From: Thalia democratica
Lineage: Eukaryota
NCBI GenBank assembly: GCA_965202585.1
Contig: OZ241827.1
Location: 21,638,001 to 21,702,000, forward strand
Reading direction: 5' to 3'
Length of the DNA stretch: 64,000 nucleotides
Shown piece after piece: positions 12,256-26,400 of this stretch. The notes beneath the pieces are model-generated. The model was not told the origin of the DNA. It saw nothing but the letters and a program-made list of their open reading frames with translations, and did not search any database. The position numbers and the translations under genes are program-made. Every line of letters begins with the position of its first letter. Positions within the stretch are counted from its first letter, which is position 1.

Positions 12256-14908
12256 CCCCACCAACCCACTCGAGTGCTCGGCCCTGGACAAGCTTCTGCC
12301 AGATTTCACCGATTTACTGGTCGGTCACGCCACCTGGCGGCCCTACTCGACCATGCTGAAGATCATGAAGAAGTACCACTTTCATTTCACCAAACACGAC
12401 GGTTTGTTTCTCCTTAATAAAAAAAAAGTTTCTAAGCGAGCTGGAAGGTTAGTAGTTTGTTTTGTGCATAAAAAAACTATTACTTACGATAAAATACAAA
12501 GGCGTATAGAGTTTTAGCATGGAATTTTTATGTATGAGAAGCATCACTTACAAAATCACGTTCACAGGTACTGAGTACGCAGGGAACAAAGTGGCTTACA
12601 ACAGCGAGCCTGGGTATTTGTTTTCATCCAACGACTGGTACATCATGTCGTCCGGTCTGGTGAGAACGAGCATTTGTAACATAACTGCATGTTGGAACTG
12701 TTGCTTTTTCAAAACTCCTTAAACATTTGGCACTAGTTTTAAGAACCAGCTTTAGTTTCTGAAAACAAAAACTCGTGTTACCCGAAGGTGACCATGGAAA
12801 CCACGATTGGAAACAGGAACGACGAAAGGGCGAAGAGTTTCGTGGGGGCCAGGGGGAGGTTGTTGGAGTGGGTGAGGGACCTGGTTGCCAACAGGATGGC
12901 GTCCAGCGGATCCGAGTGGTGCCAAGTGTTTCGGCGGCACAACAGCGGGACGTTTGAAATTTTATTTATTTTGATTAATTTTTTTCATCCAGTTTTTGAT
13001 TAACTTATATCTTAGAAACTATTTTATATAATGTTATTTATGTCTGCACAGAGAGCTGTACTATTAGGAGAAAATCAAAAACATTGCCCCGCGCATAGAA
13101 CACTTGGTGTATTAATTAAATCTAAATATATTATTTTTTGTTATTTGATTAACCTTTATTTGTAATGTTTTTTTAATATATGAGCTAATTCTTAGTTAAT
13201 TAGGTACAATAACCAGTGGATGGTAATTGATTACAACAAGTTCGTTCCTGGGAGGAAACCTTCCAACAACGATGGACTGCTGTACGTTCTCGAGCAAATT
13301 CCGTGAGCTTACTTTTGAAAGTTCATATATATGTATAAGTTTCTAGTTGTGCTTTATTTGAAGAAACCACTCTTTTACGTAAATAATGACAATTAAGCTA
13401 ATTTTAAGTTTTTTAAAGCTCATTATTGAATTCACAAATATTGTTTCAAGACAGTTTGTTATTTGATTTCATGTTACACATTCTATTCAAAACGCACTGT
13501 TTTAATGCTTTCAGAGGTCTTGTACATTATAAAGATATGAGTGACAGACTTGTTGAAAAGAAATACTTTCCAAGTTACAACTATCCGTGAGTATTTTAAC
13601 TTTCAAAGTAAACTTTATTCATAGCTTCAATATTTTTGCTTACTTTGTAGTTGCTAAATTGCTAACATTAAAATTGTGAAAAGTTTCTGCCTTTCATTAA
13701 ACAAGTTTTTGTTAAAACTTCAAGCAAAACATTTTAAAGTCGTTGATTTTATTAGTCTTCACTTTATTTAAAAGCTATAAAAGTAGTTGAAGTTAAACTT
13801 AACCTTTATTTTTGTTATATAAATATTTTGTAACTTGTTTTTTATTATACACTGAAAATAGTTTGTAAGTGTGTTTTCATTTATTTTAAACAGCTACTTT
13901 GAAAAAGTACAGCGCGAAGGAGGTTTCTTGGATAAAAACGGTAAATCAAGCTACGATTCAAAACCAAGGGCTAAAATATTTGCTCACTACCAGTCGAATG
14001 TAACAGATGTTAGAAAAATGTTCAAACTAATGAGGTAATGTAATATTTAGTGCTTTTATGTATATTAAGTATGTGTACTGTGTATACTTTTTGAACTATT
14101 CAAAACAATGTTAATGAGTAGATTTAATATAAAAAGTTACAATTGTTTTTTACAGAACTAACGATCTAGTTTTTGTTTGTCCTTTTTAAAACGTCGTATA
14201 CAAGTGTATAGCATTGTGAACGACCTAACTAATTGCAACTAAACAAAATAAAATATGTAGTTAGTAATAATTATTAGTTAGCAAAAACCGTAGGTTAGTA
14301 AATAATTCTTATATTTTCTTAAATAACTACTTAAAAAACTGTGTAATTAGGTACTACTTTGTTATTTAACGACGCTTTAAAGCACTACAAAAACAAAAAT
14401 TAGCTTTTAAAAATGTTTCTTTACAAAATAAAGTTCACATATAAGGAGAACTTAATACAATTTTAAGTCTAATATAAGTTTAGTTATAACAATAGTTTTA
14501 TATGTATAACAATTGCATATAATGTTCTTTTGAAGCTTATTTTTTTTGATCCTGTAATCGGTTTATTAACAAATTGTATTTATACTACACTCTACCATTG
14601 TTGTTCTCCAAAAAAACTTAAAGAAAAATGTTATTTAGAGGTCGTTTTGAAAAAAATCATCAATTTATTCATATTAATTATTAACTGACAGGCTAAAAAA
14701 TTGATAAACTATCGAATTTTTGTACACCATCCCATTTTTCATTCGCAGAAAGAACGACTACAAACACGACCCGCTGCAAGGTGGTTGGGCGAGCAACGCG
14801 ATCGCTTCCAGGTACGATTTGAATGACGTGTACGGAGGACTGACGTCACAGCTCTTCGGCGCCACCGACGCCAAAGTGACCAGTTACCGCTTGCACAAGT
14901 TTGTTTGA
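12256..14908 (+). pseudogene. PLBD2: Inverted partial PLBD2 copy (part of exon 5 through exon 11; terminal exon absent; 5' part hidden by gap)
   Basis: Plus-strand exons: 12256-12401, 12568-12659, 12788-12951, 13204-13302, 13515-13586, 13894-14034, 14749-14898. They encode [15 protein letters not shown]...NSGTYNNQW...[13 protein letters not shown]. Homology to the other copies stops at about 15565, inside intron 11. Read-through of the exon 11 donor ends HKFV* at 14906-14908. Confidence 0.85.
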
Positions 14909-17900
14909 TAAGAATAACTTGAGTTGCTGTGTTAGTTTAATATATATATATCGGTATGAATATGTTTGAGATGACTGTATGCGTAAGATAACACTACGAA
15001 GAATTTAGACTTTTGAAAGTAAATAAACTGGTTCTTAAAATAAATGAAAGTTGTTTGATTAAAAGGATTAATTTAGGTAAAAGTTAAAGGTAAATGTTTA
15101 AAAACTTTAAAAATTAGCACGTCGTAGAGTTAAATAAAAAAAACTATTTTTAAGCATGCTGTTGTTCTAAAAAACAACACTGAAGTTGTGATTTCATTAT
15201 GTACAAATAGTAAAAAATATAAAAACTATAATTTAAACTATCTTCGAATAGACTTTATACTCTTTTTATTCTACTAGTATTTACGAATCGTAAAAAGATA
15301 TGATAGACTGCAAAAATATTTTTTCCGACTGTAAAATAGATCGCTTTGGTATGAAATTCAAACAAGGTTGATAGCCTGTATATAAATAATTTTTTATTTT
15401 TTCTGGCCTAGGATTTAAACTAAAGAATTAAGACTATAAGATTAAAATAGTTATCAATAACAGTATAATCAGACTAAAAATTAAAGAAAATTAAAAAACT
15501 ACTGAAGTGATTGTCGTACTCTGGTGACCTGTAGTATTTAAAAGTTTTAGCCGAGCAGACTTAATATACTACAAAAATTTAGTACACAAATCTAACTTAA
15601 CTATTTAAACAATTCTATACAATTGATTGTGAATTAATAAAAATTGTATTGACTGGGAAAAAACTATCAATTTAAACCAAAGTTCGTAAAATTGTGTTTT
15701 TTTTCTATAACATCCATAGTAAATTGTTTAAAATAATCAGTTTTTGATAAACAATACTTATTATGTATAAAACGAAGAAAGTTGTACACTTAATTATTTG
15801 ATGTAGTACAAAATCAAGTAAATTGTTCAGTTGGGTGTCATTTGGTTTTTGATGATTTTCCTCATTGAAGACCAGGAGCACAGTGGATATAGTTCTGAAA
15901 TTTACATTAATTTAAAAGTCACTAAAAGCCACATAAAATTAAACAATTTTTAAACAACCTTTTACAAAATTTTTTCCAATCTTACAGAATACTTTCATAA
16001 CAATATTCAAACATAACAACTTACTTGGTTTTAATTGTGACTGCCTCTGTATTAAAGTATAAGCAATAAGAGACAACAATTGTTTTGTTTACAAACCAAA
16101 TGATAAAACAACCATTTTTAGAAGTGTTAATAAACATTTAAAAATTCGCTAAAAACCAGTACCAGGGAACAGATTTACATTAAACACAAAAAAGTAATCT
16201 CTCGCTTACCTATAAAGGTTTAAGAAACTAAATGTTAAAAAATATGAAACACATATGTACTAGCATAAAATTATAAACAAACCTAATAACTTTTTATTTA
16301 AAGACTTTATCTTTTAGCAACTATATTTTCATAGAAGTTTTGTCCCCCTTTTGGTAATTTTATCAAATATGTAGACAATAGGTACTAAATGGAACTACTT
16401 CAGTTTAGTGAAATGTTTTTTTAAATAAACGCTTAACTTTTATAAATTAACACGTAGAGTTTTATTGAACCCATTCTTATTTAAATTTTACTTATGTTGA
16501 TTACGCTTGAAATTATTTAATTGATTATTTACTATGTTGTGTAATATATATTGTTTGTGTTTTATCTTAGTTTATTGTTTCAATTGTATTTTCTCTGACG
16601 AAAATTGATGAAATATATTGGAAAAGAAAGAGTTTGAGTCATTTTATTTATTTAGTAAAATTGAAAACAAGTCTGATTTTTAAATTATTAAAATTTTACT
16701 ATATTCAGTCTACTACTATAAAAGAAATTTTACTTAAAATAAATGAAATAGTTTCTCGTTGCAGCTAAAGTATTGTTTATTGTCAATCAAATATTCCTAA
16801 AACCTTTTGTTTAATTAGTTTCTAGTATTTAATTAGTAAAAAAAGTTTTTTTAGATCTTGTAAAGTTTAAAATCACCAAAATAGTTTTTAAAACAGTATA
16901 GTTCTTTTGAAAATTGCAACAAAAAACTTTAAAACCTATAAATTGTTTTTAAATTTTATTTTCACTGATAATAAGCTATATTATAATATTTCACATTAAA
17001 AGTTATATACAATTCTAATTATCTCGTGCACATTTTTCCAAAACAAAAGGTGAGTGTAGTTTTTTTTTGTAGCTTTTTAAATAAAATTTCGTTTAACTTT
17101 AGCTACTTAGTTCAATCGAACTTTACAGGCATGTTTTTTTATTTAGTTTATTTATACTAGAAGATGCAAACAAAAATTTTTGATAAAAATAGAAAAAATT
17201 GTTCTGAAATTAAACTATTATATATCAAACTGCGAAATGATTAAAGCTTCTAAAAATATGAGAACTTGTTTTAAATCGCAACTGTATAAACTTAAAAATT
17301 GTTGGTTTTAGTAACACAAAATATTGATGATTTAAATAAATTACCTTTTAAAATAAATACTTATTAAAAACTTTCAAATTTTTTCTATTTTTTGACATTA
17401 ACTCGAAATAACAAACCCGCATTTTACATGGCTATCTAAATTTTTCTTGTAAGATTTTTGTAAAATTGTTGAAACATCTTAGTAAAAATAACCACAACAA
17501 TATAGTAAAAAGTAGCCTGTTTAGTTACTTTAAATATTATAAATCTTAACACTTTTTGAATAAAGAGCTTTAAATAGAAGAAACAGCTTTTAAGATAATT
17601 AGTTTAATTTAGATTAATGACAAAAAGAGTTTGAAAAGTTTGTTTAATAAACGATATTATTAAATTCTTATAGTTAAAAACAAAATTTAAATATACTAAA
17701 TAAAATCATTTATAAATTTGTTATACTATCTAATATTATGATAAACATCATACTAATTAAAATTTAAAAAAATCCACAAATAACAGACACTTCAATTAGG
17801 TTTATAAATCGTAACAAAGTTCATACTGATAAAACATGAATTTAAGCAACTTTTGGTTACTTAACTCAATCAAGTGTCAGTATTTGTCACTATTTATTTG

Positions 17901-20444
17901 CATTTGATCGGAATTAATTTATAAAACAGCAGAAAGTTTTGGGAAACCAAAAAAATGATTTTGTCTGCTTTGTTAAAACTTTGTGAACATTGTTTTTGAA
18001 TGTAAAATTTCTGAAAAACTTTTAAATAGGTAAACAAACTTTATTTTACAAAAAGACGTACGTTACGTTAAACGTGTACCTTACAGCTTTAGACAAGATT
18101 TAGTTTTTTTAAATTGAAAAATAGCTAATTTTTTATTATGTTAACAAAAGTTTTACACGCTTAGTTTATTGTTTAAGTTATTTAAAAAATAACAGCTTTA
18201 TGTTATCATAAAATATTTTAAAATCGTTTTTGCGTTCATTTAATTAATTTATCTAATAAAACATCAAAAATTATAAAAAAAAATTCATCTTATTTTCAAT
18301 ACTTAGTGCGTATCTATTAAAGTGCGTTCCATATTATTGCCCTTACTGTACTTGACTGTCTATTCATAAGAATAAAAAAGTATTTATAAAGGAAATTCTT
18401 ATTGATTCTTGTATCATACTTTTTAATATTTACTAGATTAGTATTATGAATTGTTTATCAAATGAGTTAATAATATTAAAGTAAACTGCATGGATAACAA
18501 ACATTGCTTATTTTACTAGCTAATTAAATAACACAAAAAATGTTGTAGTTAGTGTTTTATTGTTGTGAGACAAGGTAAAAAGTTTCACTTTGTAACATTT
18601 ATGAATTTATTTTTAAAGTGCATTATGTAGTTGTAAGAACTGTGTTTTGTTTAACTTCAAAACAAAGTACTTGAACAAAGGATGAATTAGCAAAACATTT
18701 AGTTTATAAAGTAGTTGCTATATTTATTAAATTTATTTTTTTAAATAAACATAAATTTAAATAAAGTTTTTAATTTGTTCATACATACTTTAAAACATAT
18801 CAGAAATCATAAAGTAATATTTTTTAAAACACTAAATTTTTATTTAAAAATCTGTAACTTTATTGGCTTAAGTAAATATATAACATTAAACGTATTTTCA
18901 AAGAGATACTGCAAAAACCGCGACCAATACAAAAACCCTTCTTGCTGATTGCGCCTGAAAACTTTCACCACAAGCATCACGCGGCGTTCGATTTTAGGTT
19001 TCTGGTAAATTTCCCTCTTTTATATTAGTTTCAAAACTTTTTTCAAGATTTTTTATAATTCTTAATATGTCTTGGTTTTAAAACTGCTACTTAAACTTTC
19101 TTAATAAGTTTCAATACAAATAAACCTTGCTTAACACAACTGATATGTTATTCTAACTGAATTTTTCGGTAAATGTAGGTGTAACCTGTATATTTTGTCT
19201 TTGCAAAATCATTTGAACAAACTAAAGAAGCTTTTAAGTTTAAAAGTCTACTAGGAAATAATTTACGATGCAATACTCAAATGTTAGAATAATAATAAAA
19301 TGTATCTGTTGTATTAAAAGTTGAACAAAAAGCTTAAATATCATCGAGGCATCAACTTTACTGACAAATGTGATTTGTTTTTTTTTAGTATAAAGTTTAC
19401 TAATTTGTTATGTCTAGAAGAATTTTAAACTTATACTGTTTTCCAAATATTTCGTCAATACTACACGCTCAAAGTTCACATACACTTACAATTGTTAAAT
19501 TATTTTATAATTTTAAAGTAGAACTTTTTTTTAAATATTGTAAAAATACATTTTGCCGAAACACTGCCTTACTAAAAAACTAACCTTTAGTATTTTATAA
19601 ATTATTTTTGTAACATTTGAAACTTGTCATGCTTTTGATCACTAATTTGGAACTTGTCATAATAATAGTTACTATTTTAGATAAAGCATTAAATAAAATA
19701 AGAAGTTTTATTTGTCAGTCTGATTGTTTTTTAATTGCTTTTAATATAATAACCTATACAAGAAATTTTAAGAAGCTATACCACATTGTAAACATAATTT
19801 TTTCTAATTGTTTTTTTGAAAATTAAAGTTATGACTCATTTATCTTAAAATTATTTAGCATAAAAAAATTGTTATTTGATGTGAAAGTTATTAAGTAATT
19901 GTCAAATTTTTCAACAACCTTTTTAATCATCTTTAAAAAAATAATAATGTTGAACATAAAATAAAATACTAACATGAAGTTTGTAAAAAAACAATTTTAA
20001 CAAGTTATTGTTACTGTATTTAACGTGTTTAAGATTCAAATGCACATTAAATAAAAAGATCATAGACTTTTACATGAATATGTTGATTGTTTAATTTCAA
20101 ATCAGGGTTTAAATAAACACTATAACCACAAAACTTAAAATAATAAAACAGAAGAAAATCAATTAGTTTTCATGCTAAACACAATTTTCTTTTTGTAACA
20201 ATTAAAATTAAGCTTTGTCACACGCTTAACTTTCTCTTAAACACAGATGGATTCGTTTAAGAAACCAACTTTATACAATTCAAAACAAACTTATGTGTAT
20301 CAACAGATTTGGTGACATTTTAGTGATAGAAAAAAAATATTTTATAACAACAGTTTTTAAATGCCACTTTTAAACAACTGACTAATCTTAAAGAAGAAGT
20401 TATTTGCGATAAAGGTCTACAACCATTTTAGATTCAGTATCAAC

Positions 20445-23400
20445 CTAATCATTCAACCATTCGACTAGTATTGGTTTGAAGTCAAAAACGTCTGGTTGTC
20501 CCTCGTGCTTGTCCGGGGCGTTTTTGTGGTCGGACCATTTGAAAGGTGGTACCTGGTCGTGTGTTGGTCCGCACTCGGCAACCATGCTTAAGTTACTGAA
20601 GAAAAATCATTATGATTAAAAAGTTTTGTTTTGTAGTAGTCTGCTAGGTTAAAACTTTTAGATACTACAGATCACCAGAGTACGACAATCACTAAAATAG
20701 TTTTTTTAATTTTTTTTAACTTTTAGTCTGATTATACTTTTATTGATAACTATTTTAATCTTATAGTCCTAATTCTTTAGTTTAAATCCTAAGCTCAAAA
20801 ATAATAAAGATTTTATTACAGGCTATAAAGCTAGTTGAAATTTCATACCAAAGCGATCTATTTTACAGTCGGAAAGAAATATTTTTGCAGTTTATTATAT
20901 CTTTTTACGATTCGTAAAAATTTGTATAGTAAAAAAAGTTAAAATGTCATTTAAAGATTGTTTGAATTCTAGTTTTTATATTTTTTTTCTACATGTGCAC
21001 AATAAAATCACAACTTTATTGTTGTATTTTAGAACAACAGCATGCTTAAAAATAGTTTTTTTTAACCAATTATACGACGTGCTATTTTTTAAAGTTTTTA
21101 AGCGTTTACATTTAACTTTTCTCTAAATTAACCCTTTTTAACAAAGCACTTTCATTTATCTTAAGAACTAGTTTTTTTTACTTTCAAAAGTCTAAATTCT
21201 TCTTAATGTTATCTTATGCATACAGTTTTTCATCTCAAATATATTTATACCAACATATATATTAAACTAACACAGCAACTTAAGTTATTCTTATCAAACA
21301 AACTTGTGCAAGCTGTAACTGGTCACTTTTGCGTCGGTGGCGCCGAAGAGCTGTGACGTCAGTCCTCCGTACACGTCATTCAAATCGTACCTGGAAGCGA
21401 TCGCGTTGCTCGCCCAACCACCTTGCAGCGGGTCGTGTTTGTAGTCGTTCTTTCTGCGAATGAAAAATGGAATGGTGTACAAAAATTCATTAATTTATCA
21501 ATTTTTTAGCCTGTCAGTTAATAATTAATATGAATAAATTGATGATTTTTTTCAAAACGACCTCTAAATAACATTTTTCTTTAATTTTTTTTGGAGAACA
21601 ACAATGGTAGAGTGTAGTATAAATACAATTTGTTTATAAACCGATTACAGGATCAAAAAAAAAAAGCTTTAAAAGAACATTATATGCAATTGTTATACAA
21701 ATAAAAACTATTGTTATAACTAAACTTATATTAGACTTAAAATTGTATTAAGTTCTCCTTTTAGTGAACTTTATTTTGTAAAGAAACATTTTTAAAAGCT
21801 AATTTTTGTTTTTGTAATGCTTTAAAGCGTCGTTAAATAAAATAACAAAGTAGTACCTAATTACACAGTTTTTTAAGTAGTTATTTAAGAAAATATAAGA
21901 ATTATTTACTAACCTACGGTTTTTGCTAACTAATAATTATAACTAACTACATATTTTATTTTGTTTAGTTGCAATTAGTTAGGTCGTTCACAATGCTATA
22001 CACTTGTATAAAACGTTTTAAAAAAGACAAACAAAAACTAGATCGTTAGTTCTGTAAAAAACAATTGTAACTTTTTATATTAAGTCTACTCTTTAACATT
22101 GTTTTGAATAGTTCAAAAAGTATACACAGTACACATACTTAATATACATAAAAGCACTAAATATTACATTACCTCATTAGTTTGAACATTTTTCTAACAT
22201 CTGTCACATTCGATTGGTAGTGAGCAAATATTTTAGCCCTTGGTTTTGAATCGTAGCTTGATTTACCGTTTTTATCCAAGAAACCTCCTTCGCGCTGTAC
22301 TTTTTCAAAGTACCTGTTTAGTTTAAATGAGAACGCACTTTCAAACTGTTTCTAGTGTATAATAAAAAACAAGTTATAACATATTTATATAACAAAAAAA
22401 AAGTTAAAGTATAATTTCAACTGCTTTTTATAGTTTAAAAAAACATCGAAATAAAGTGAAGTACTAATAAATTCAACAATTTTGAAAAGTTTATGCTTGA
22501 AGTTTTAACAAAAACTTGTTTAATGAATAGCAGAAACTTTGCACAATTTTAATGTTAGCAATTTAGCAACTACAAAGTAAGCAAAAATATTGAAGCTATG
22601 AATAAAGTTTACTTTGAAAGTTAAAATACTCACGGATAGTTGTAACTTGGAAAGTAATTTTTTTCAACGAGTCTGTCACTCATATCTCTATAATGTATAA
22701 GACCTCTGAAAGCATTGAAATAGTGCGTATTAAGTAGATTGCTTTACATAAAACCAAATAACAAACTGTCTTTAAAACAACATTTGTGAATTGAATAATG
22801 AGCTTTACAAAACTTTAAATTAGCTTAATTGTCTTTATTTACGTAAAACAATGGCTTCTTCAAATAAAGCACAGCTAGAAACTTATAGATATGTATGAAC
22901 TTTCAAAAGTAAACTCACGGAATTTGCTCGAGAACGTACAGCAGTCCATCGTTTTTGGAAGGTTTCCTCCCAGGAACGAACTTGTTGTAATCAACTACCA
23001 TCCACTGGTTATTGTACCTAATTAACCAAGAATTAGCTCATATATTAAAAAAACATTACAAATAAAGGTTAATCAAATAACAAAAAATAATATATTTAGA
23101 TTTAATTAATACACCAAGTGTTCTAAGCGCGGGGCAATGTTTTTGATTTTCTCCTAATAGTAAAGCTCTCTGTGCAGACATATATAACATTATATAAAAT
23201 AGTTTCTAAGATATAAGTTAATCAAAAACTGGATGAAAAAAATTAAATCAAAATAAATAAAATTTCAAACGTCCCGCTGTTGTGCCGCCGAAACACTTGG
23301 CACCACTCGGATCCGCTGGACGCCATCCTGTTGGCAACCAGGTTCCTCACCCACTCCAACAACCTCCCCCTGGCCCCCACGAAACTCTTCGCCCTTTCGT

Positions 23401-26400
23401 CGTTCCTGTTTCCAATCGTGGTTTCCATGGTCACCTTCGGGTAACACGAGTTTTTGTTTACAGAAACTAAAGCTGGTTCTTAAAACTAGTGCCAAATGTT
23501 TAAGGAGTTTTGAAAAAGCAACAGTTCCAACATGCAGTTATGTTACAAATGCTCGTTCTCACCAGACCGGACGACATGATGTACCAGTCGTTGGATGAAA
23601 ACAAATACCCAGGCTCGCTGTTGTAAGCCACTTTGTTCCCTGCGTACTCAGTACCTGTGGACGTGATTTTGTAAGTAATGCTACTCATACATAAAAATTC
23701 CATGCTAAAACTCTATACGCCTTTGTATTTTATCGTAAGTAATAGTTTTTTTATGCACAAAACAAACTACTAACCTTCCAGCTCGCTTAAAAACACTTTT
23801 TTTTTATTAAGGAGAAACAAACCGTCGTGTTTGGTGAAATGAAAGTGGTACTTCTTCATGATCTTCAGCATGGTCGAGTAGGGCCGCCAGGTGGCGTGAC
23901 CGACCAGTAAATCGGTGAAATCTGGCAGAAGCTTGACCAGGGCCGAGCACTCGAGTGGGTTGGTGGGGAGGGAGTTTTCTGAAGACCTCCTGAAATTTGC
24001 GGGGCTGACGGCGAACAGAATTTCTTTTACCTCGTGATCGCTCGAAAGCTGGCTGTGATTGGTTTAAATTGTTCTCACATTGGGTGTTTAGTAAAGTTTA
24101 AGTAAAATTTCTAAATTCGATTTAAATTATCTTACTGCTAAATTTTATAAATAAAACTTTGTTTGTTTGATTAACTTTTTAATAAAAATCTACACTTATA
24201 TCCATTCAACTAACTACTTTAACTTTTATCCCTTTAAATGGACTCGTTATCGCTTGAGAGTTGGTTTATGTAGATTTGAACTGCGTTAAGTATAAAAAAT
24301 GTTAGCAGTTGCAGAAGAAACTATTTTTCTTTAAAAGTCAATTAAAATATTAATTTTGTCAAGTTTCTTAAGTAACATCTCGTTTATTTTATTGATATTT
24401 TAAGCAAACTTGAGCCTAAAATAATTTAAGGCTCTTGCGTGCATAAAAGTTTATTAAAAGTTATGATACAGATTTTGATGTTTTTTTTTGTTACAGGATT
24501 TAATTACAATGATTGTAAAAAAAGTTTTTTTTTTTCCAAAATTTTGGTTTTATTAATATTTTTATTAAGTGTTGTGAGAAAAAAAAATTAACAAAGTACT
24601 GTAAAAATGTATTAAGTTGAAATATGTAACTAATCGTAACAGGCTAATGTTTTAAACTTGTTCTACTATCTATAAATACAAAATAATACTTTTCAACACA
24701 TTAGTATGAATAATTATCGCATAATGAAGTTGAAATAAAATATCAATAACAAAAAATTTGAAGCATTAAAAAAAATGGTTTAAATTTTAATTATTAATGA
24801 TTGCTTATTAAACAGTATAAAGATGAGTATACATTTATGCAGTTTAATCATAATCAGTATTTTAAGTGGTCGTGTATATTATTTTTACTTTAGAAGTTTT
24901 TTATGAAAAAGTACTAAAAAATTTATACACACAATAATATGTTTTTTTTGAAAATATTTTAACTCTTACCTAAATCTAAAGCATTAATAATAAGAGCGGA
25001 GTATACATCATTGCAATTTAATCACATTCTATATTTTAGGTAACCGTCTTTTTTTTACTTTTGGAGTTTAACATGAAAAAGTAAAAAAAAAATTTCTACA
25101 CACAATAACATGTATTTTTGTGAAAACATTTAGACTAATACCTAAATCAAAAGCATTAATAAACAAAGCTAAGTATACATTAATGCAATATAATCACATT
25201 CGATACTTTAGGTATATTTTTTTACTTTTGAGATCATGAAAAAGTATAAAAAGTTTTACACACACAAAACAATATATTATTTTTTGAAAACATTTAAACT
25301 TTTTTTCTAAACTAAAGCATGTATGCAAAAAAGCAAATTTTAATAAAATACATAGGTATGTAAGATGTTTTAATTGTGCTAAGTTTACTACGTTTTTTCC
25401 TCCATTGACCATTTAAAAGTGTTTCATTAGTATAAAAAAATTGCTTTTAAAACTTATAGTAAATTGTTTTAACTTGTATAAAGTCACTAAATGTGATAAC
25501 AATATAAATTTGATACTTATTTTTGTTGTTAAAAGTTATTTCTTAACTTAGATTATATACTCCTGTTGTGTTCTACTCCAAAACAATAATATAAATATAG
25601 TACATGAAATTGAGTTATATATTTTTGCGTAAAAACAAAAAAAATAAGATTATTAAAAAAAACCAACTCTGTTCTTCAAGTTACATAAAATTTTATATAT
25701 GAAGTTTCTTTTGTTTGAATACTCAATAACTTTTTTTAATCATCAGAATAAAAGTTACTAGTGTGATAAAATTTTATTTTCTCGAAGAACAATGAGTTTG
25801 AAGAAGTACAAGTAAGCATTTAACTTTGTTACTTTTAAAAACTAAAAGATATTTGAAGTTTTTATGCATAAGTTTCTCATAGTTATTAGCTTTTAAACGT
25901 TTTAAATGTGCTTAAAAAACAAAATAAAAATTAATTTGTCAGCTAAATTTAGAAAAAATGTGTTTTAAGATAAATAAAGCATGATAATTTGATTTACCTT
26001 TTACAAGAGTAACCAACAACCAACCGAAAAATAAAAATTTGATTAGCTTAAATTATTTTTAGATCAATATATTTTAAATACTAACAATAGGTTTTACTGG
26101 AAACGATAAGTTTATCATTATTAGTCATAATTTAAAAAGTAATTTTTATTAAACTTTATATAAGTAATTAGTTATGTCATAATTTTTAAAAATAAAAAAA
26201 TGTACCACTTTTTATAATTCTAATATATGTTTATACAATTGCAGCAGGAAATTTCATATAAAATAAATAAATTACTAAATGTTAGATTAGAAAAAGACTG
26301 TTTTATATGTTTTAGAAATATTTCAAACAGGTCTGTTAAAATTATTTCGTTTTAAACAAAAACGTAAAGAAAGAAGCATGTTAATGGAAAAACTTGGTCA

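Noticed and set aside
12129-12359. ORFs spanning N runs (also 33724-33933)
   Set aside because: Artefacts of translating through assembly gaps.
12519-13003. Stand-alone small ORFs such as MEFLCMRS..., MTMETT..., MPPKHL..., MLPEGD... and MYTIPFF... (and their copies)
   Set aside because: They are single PLBD2 exons extended into introns, or alternative/antisense frames of those GC-rich exons.
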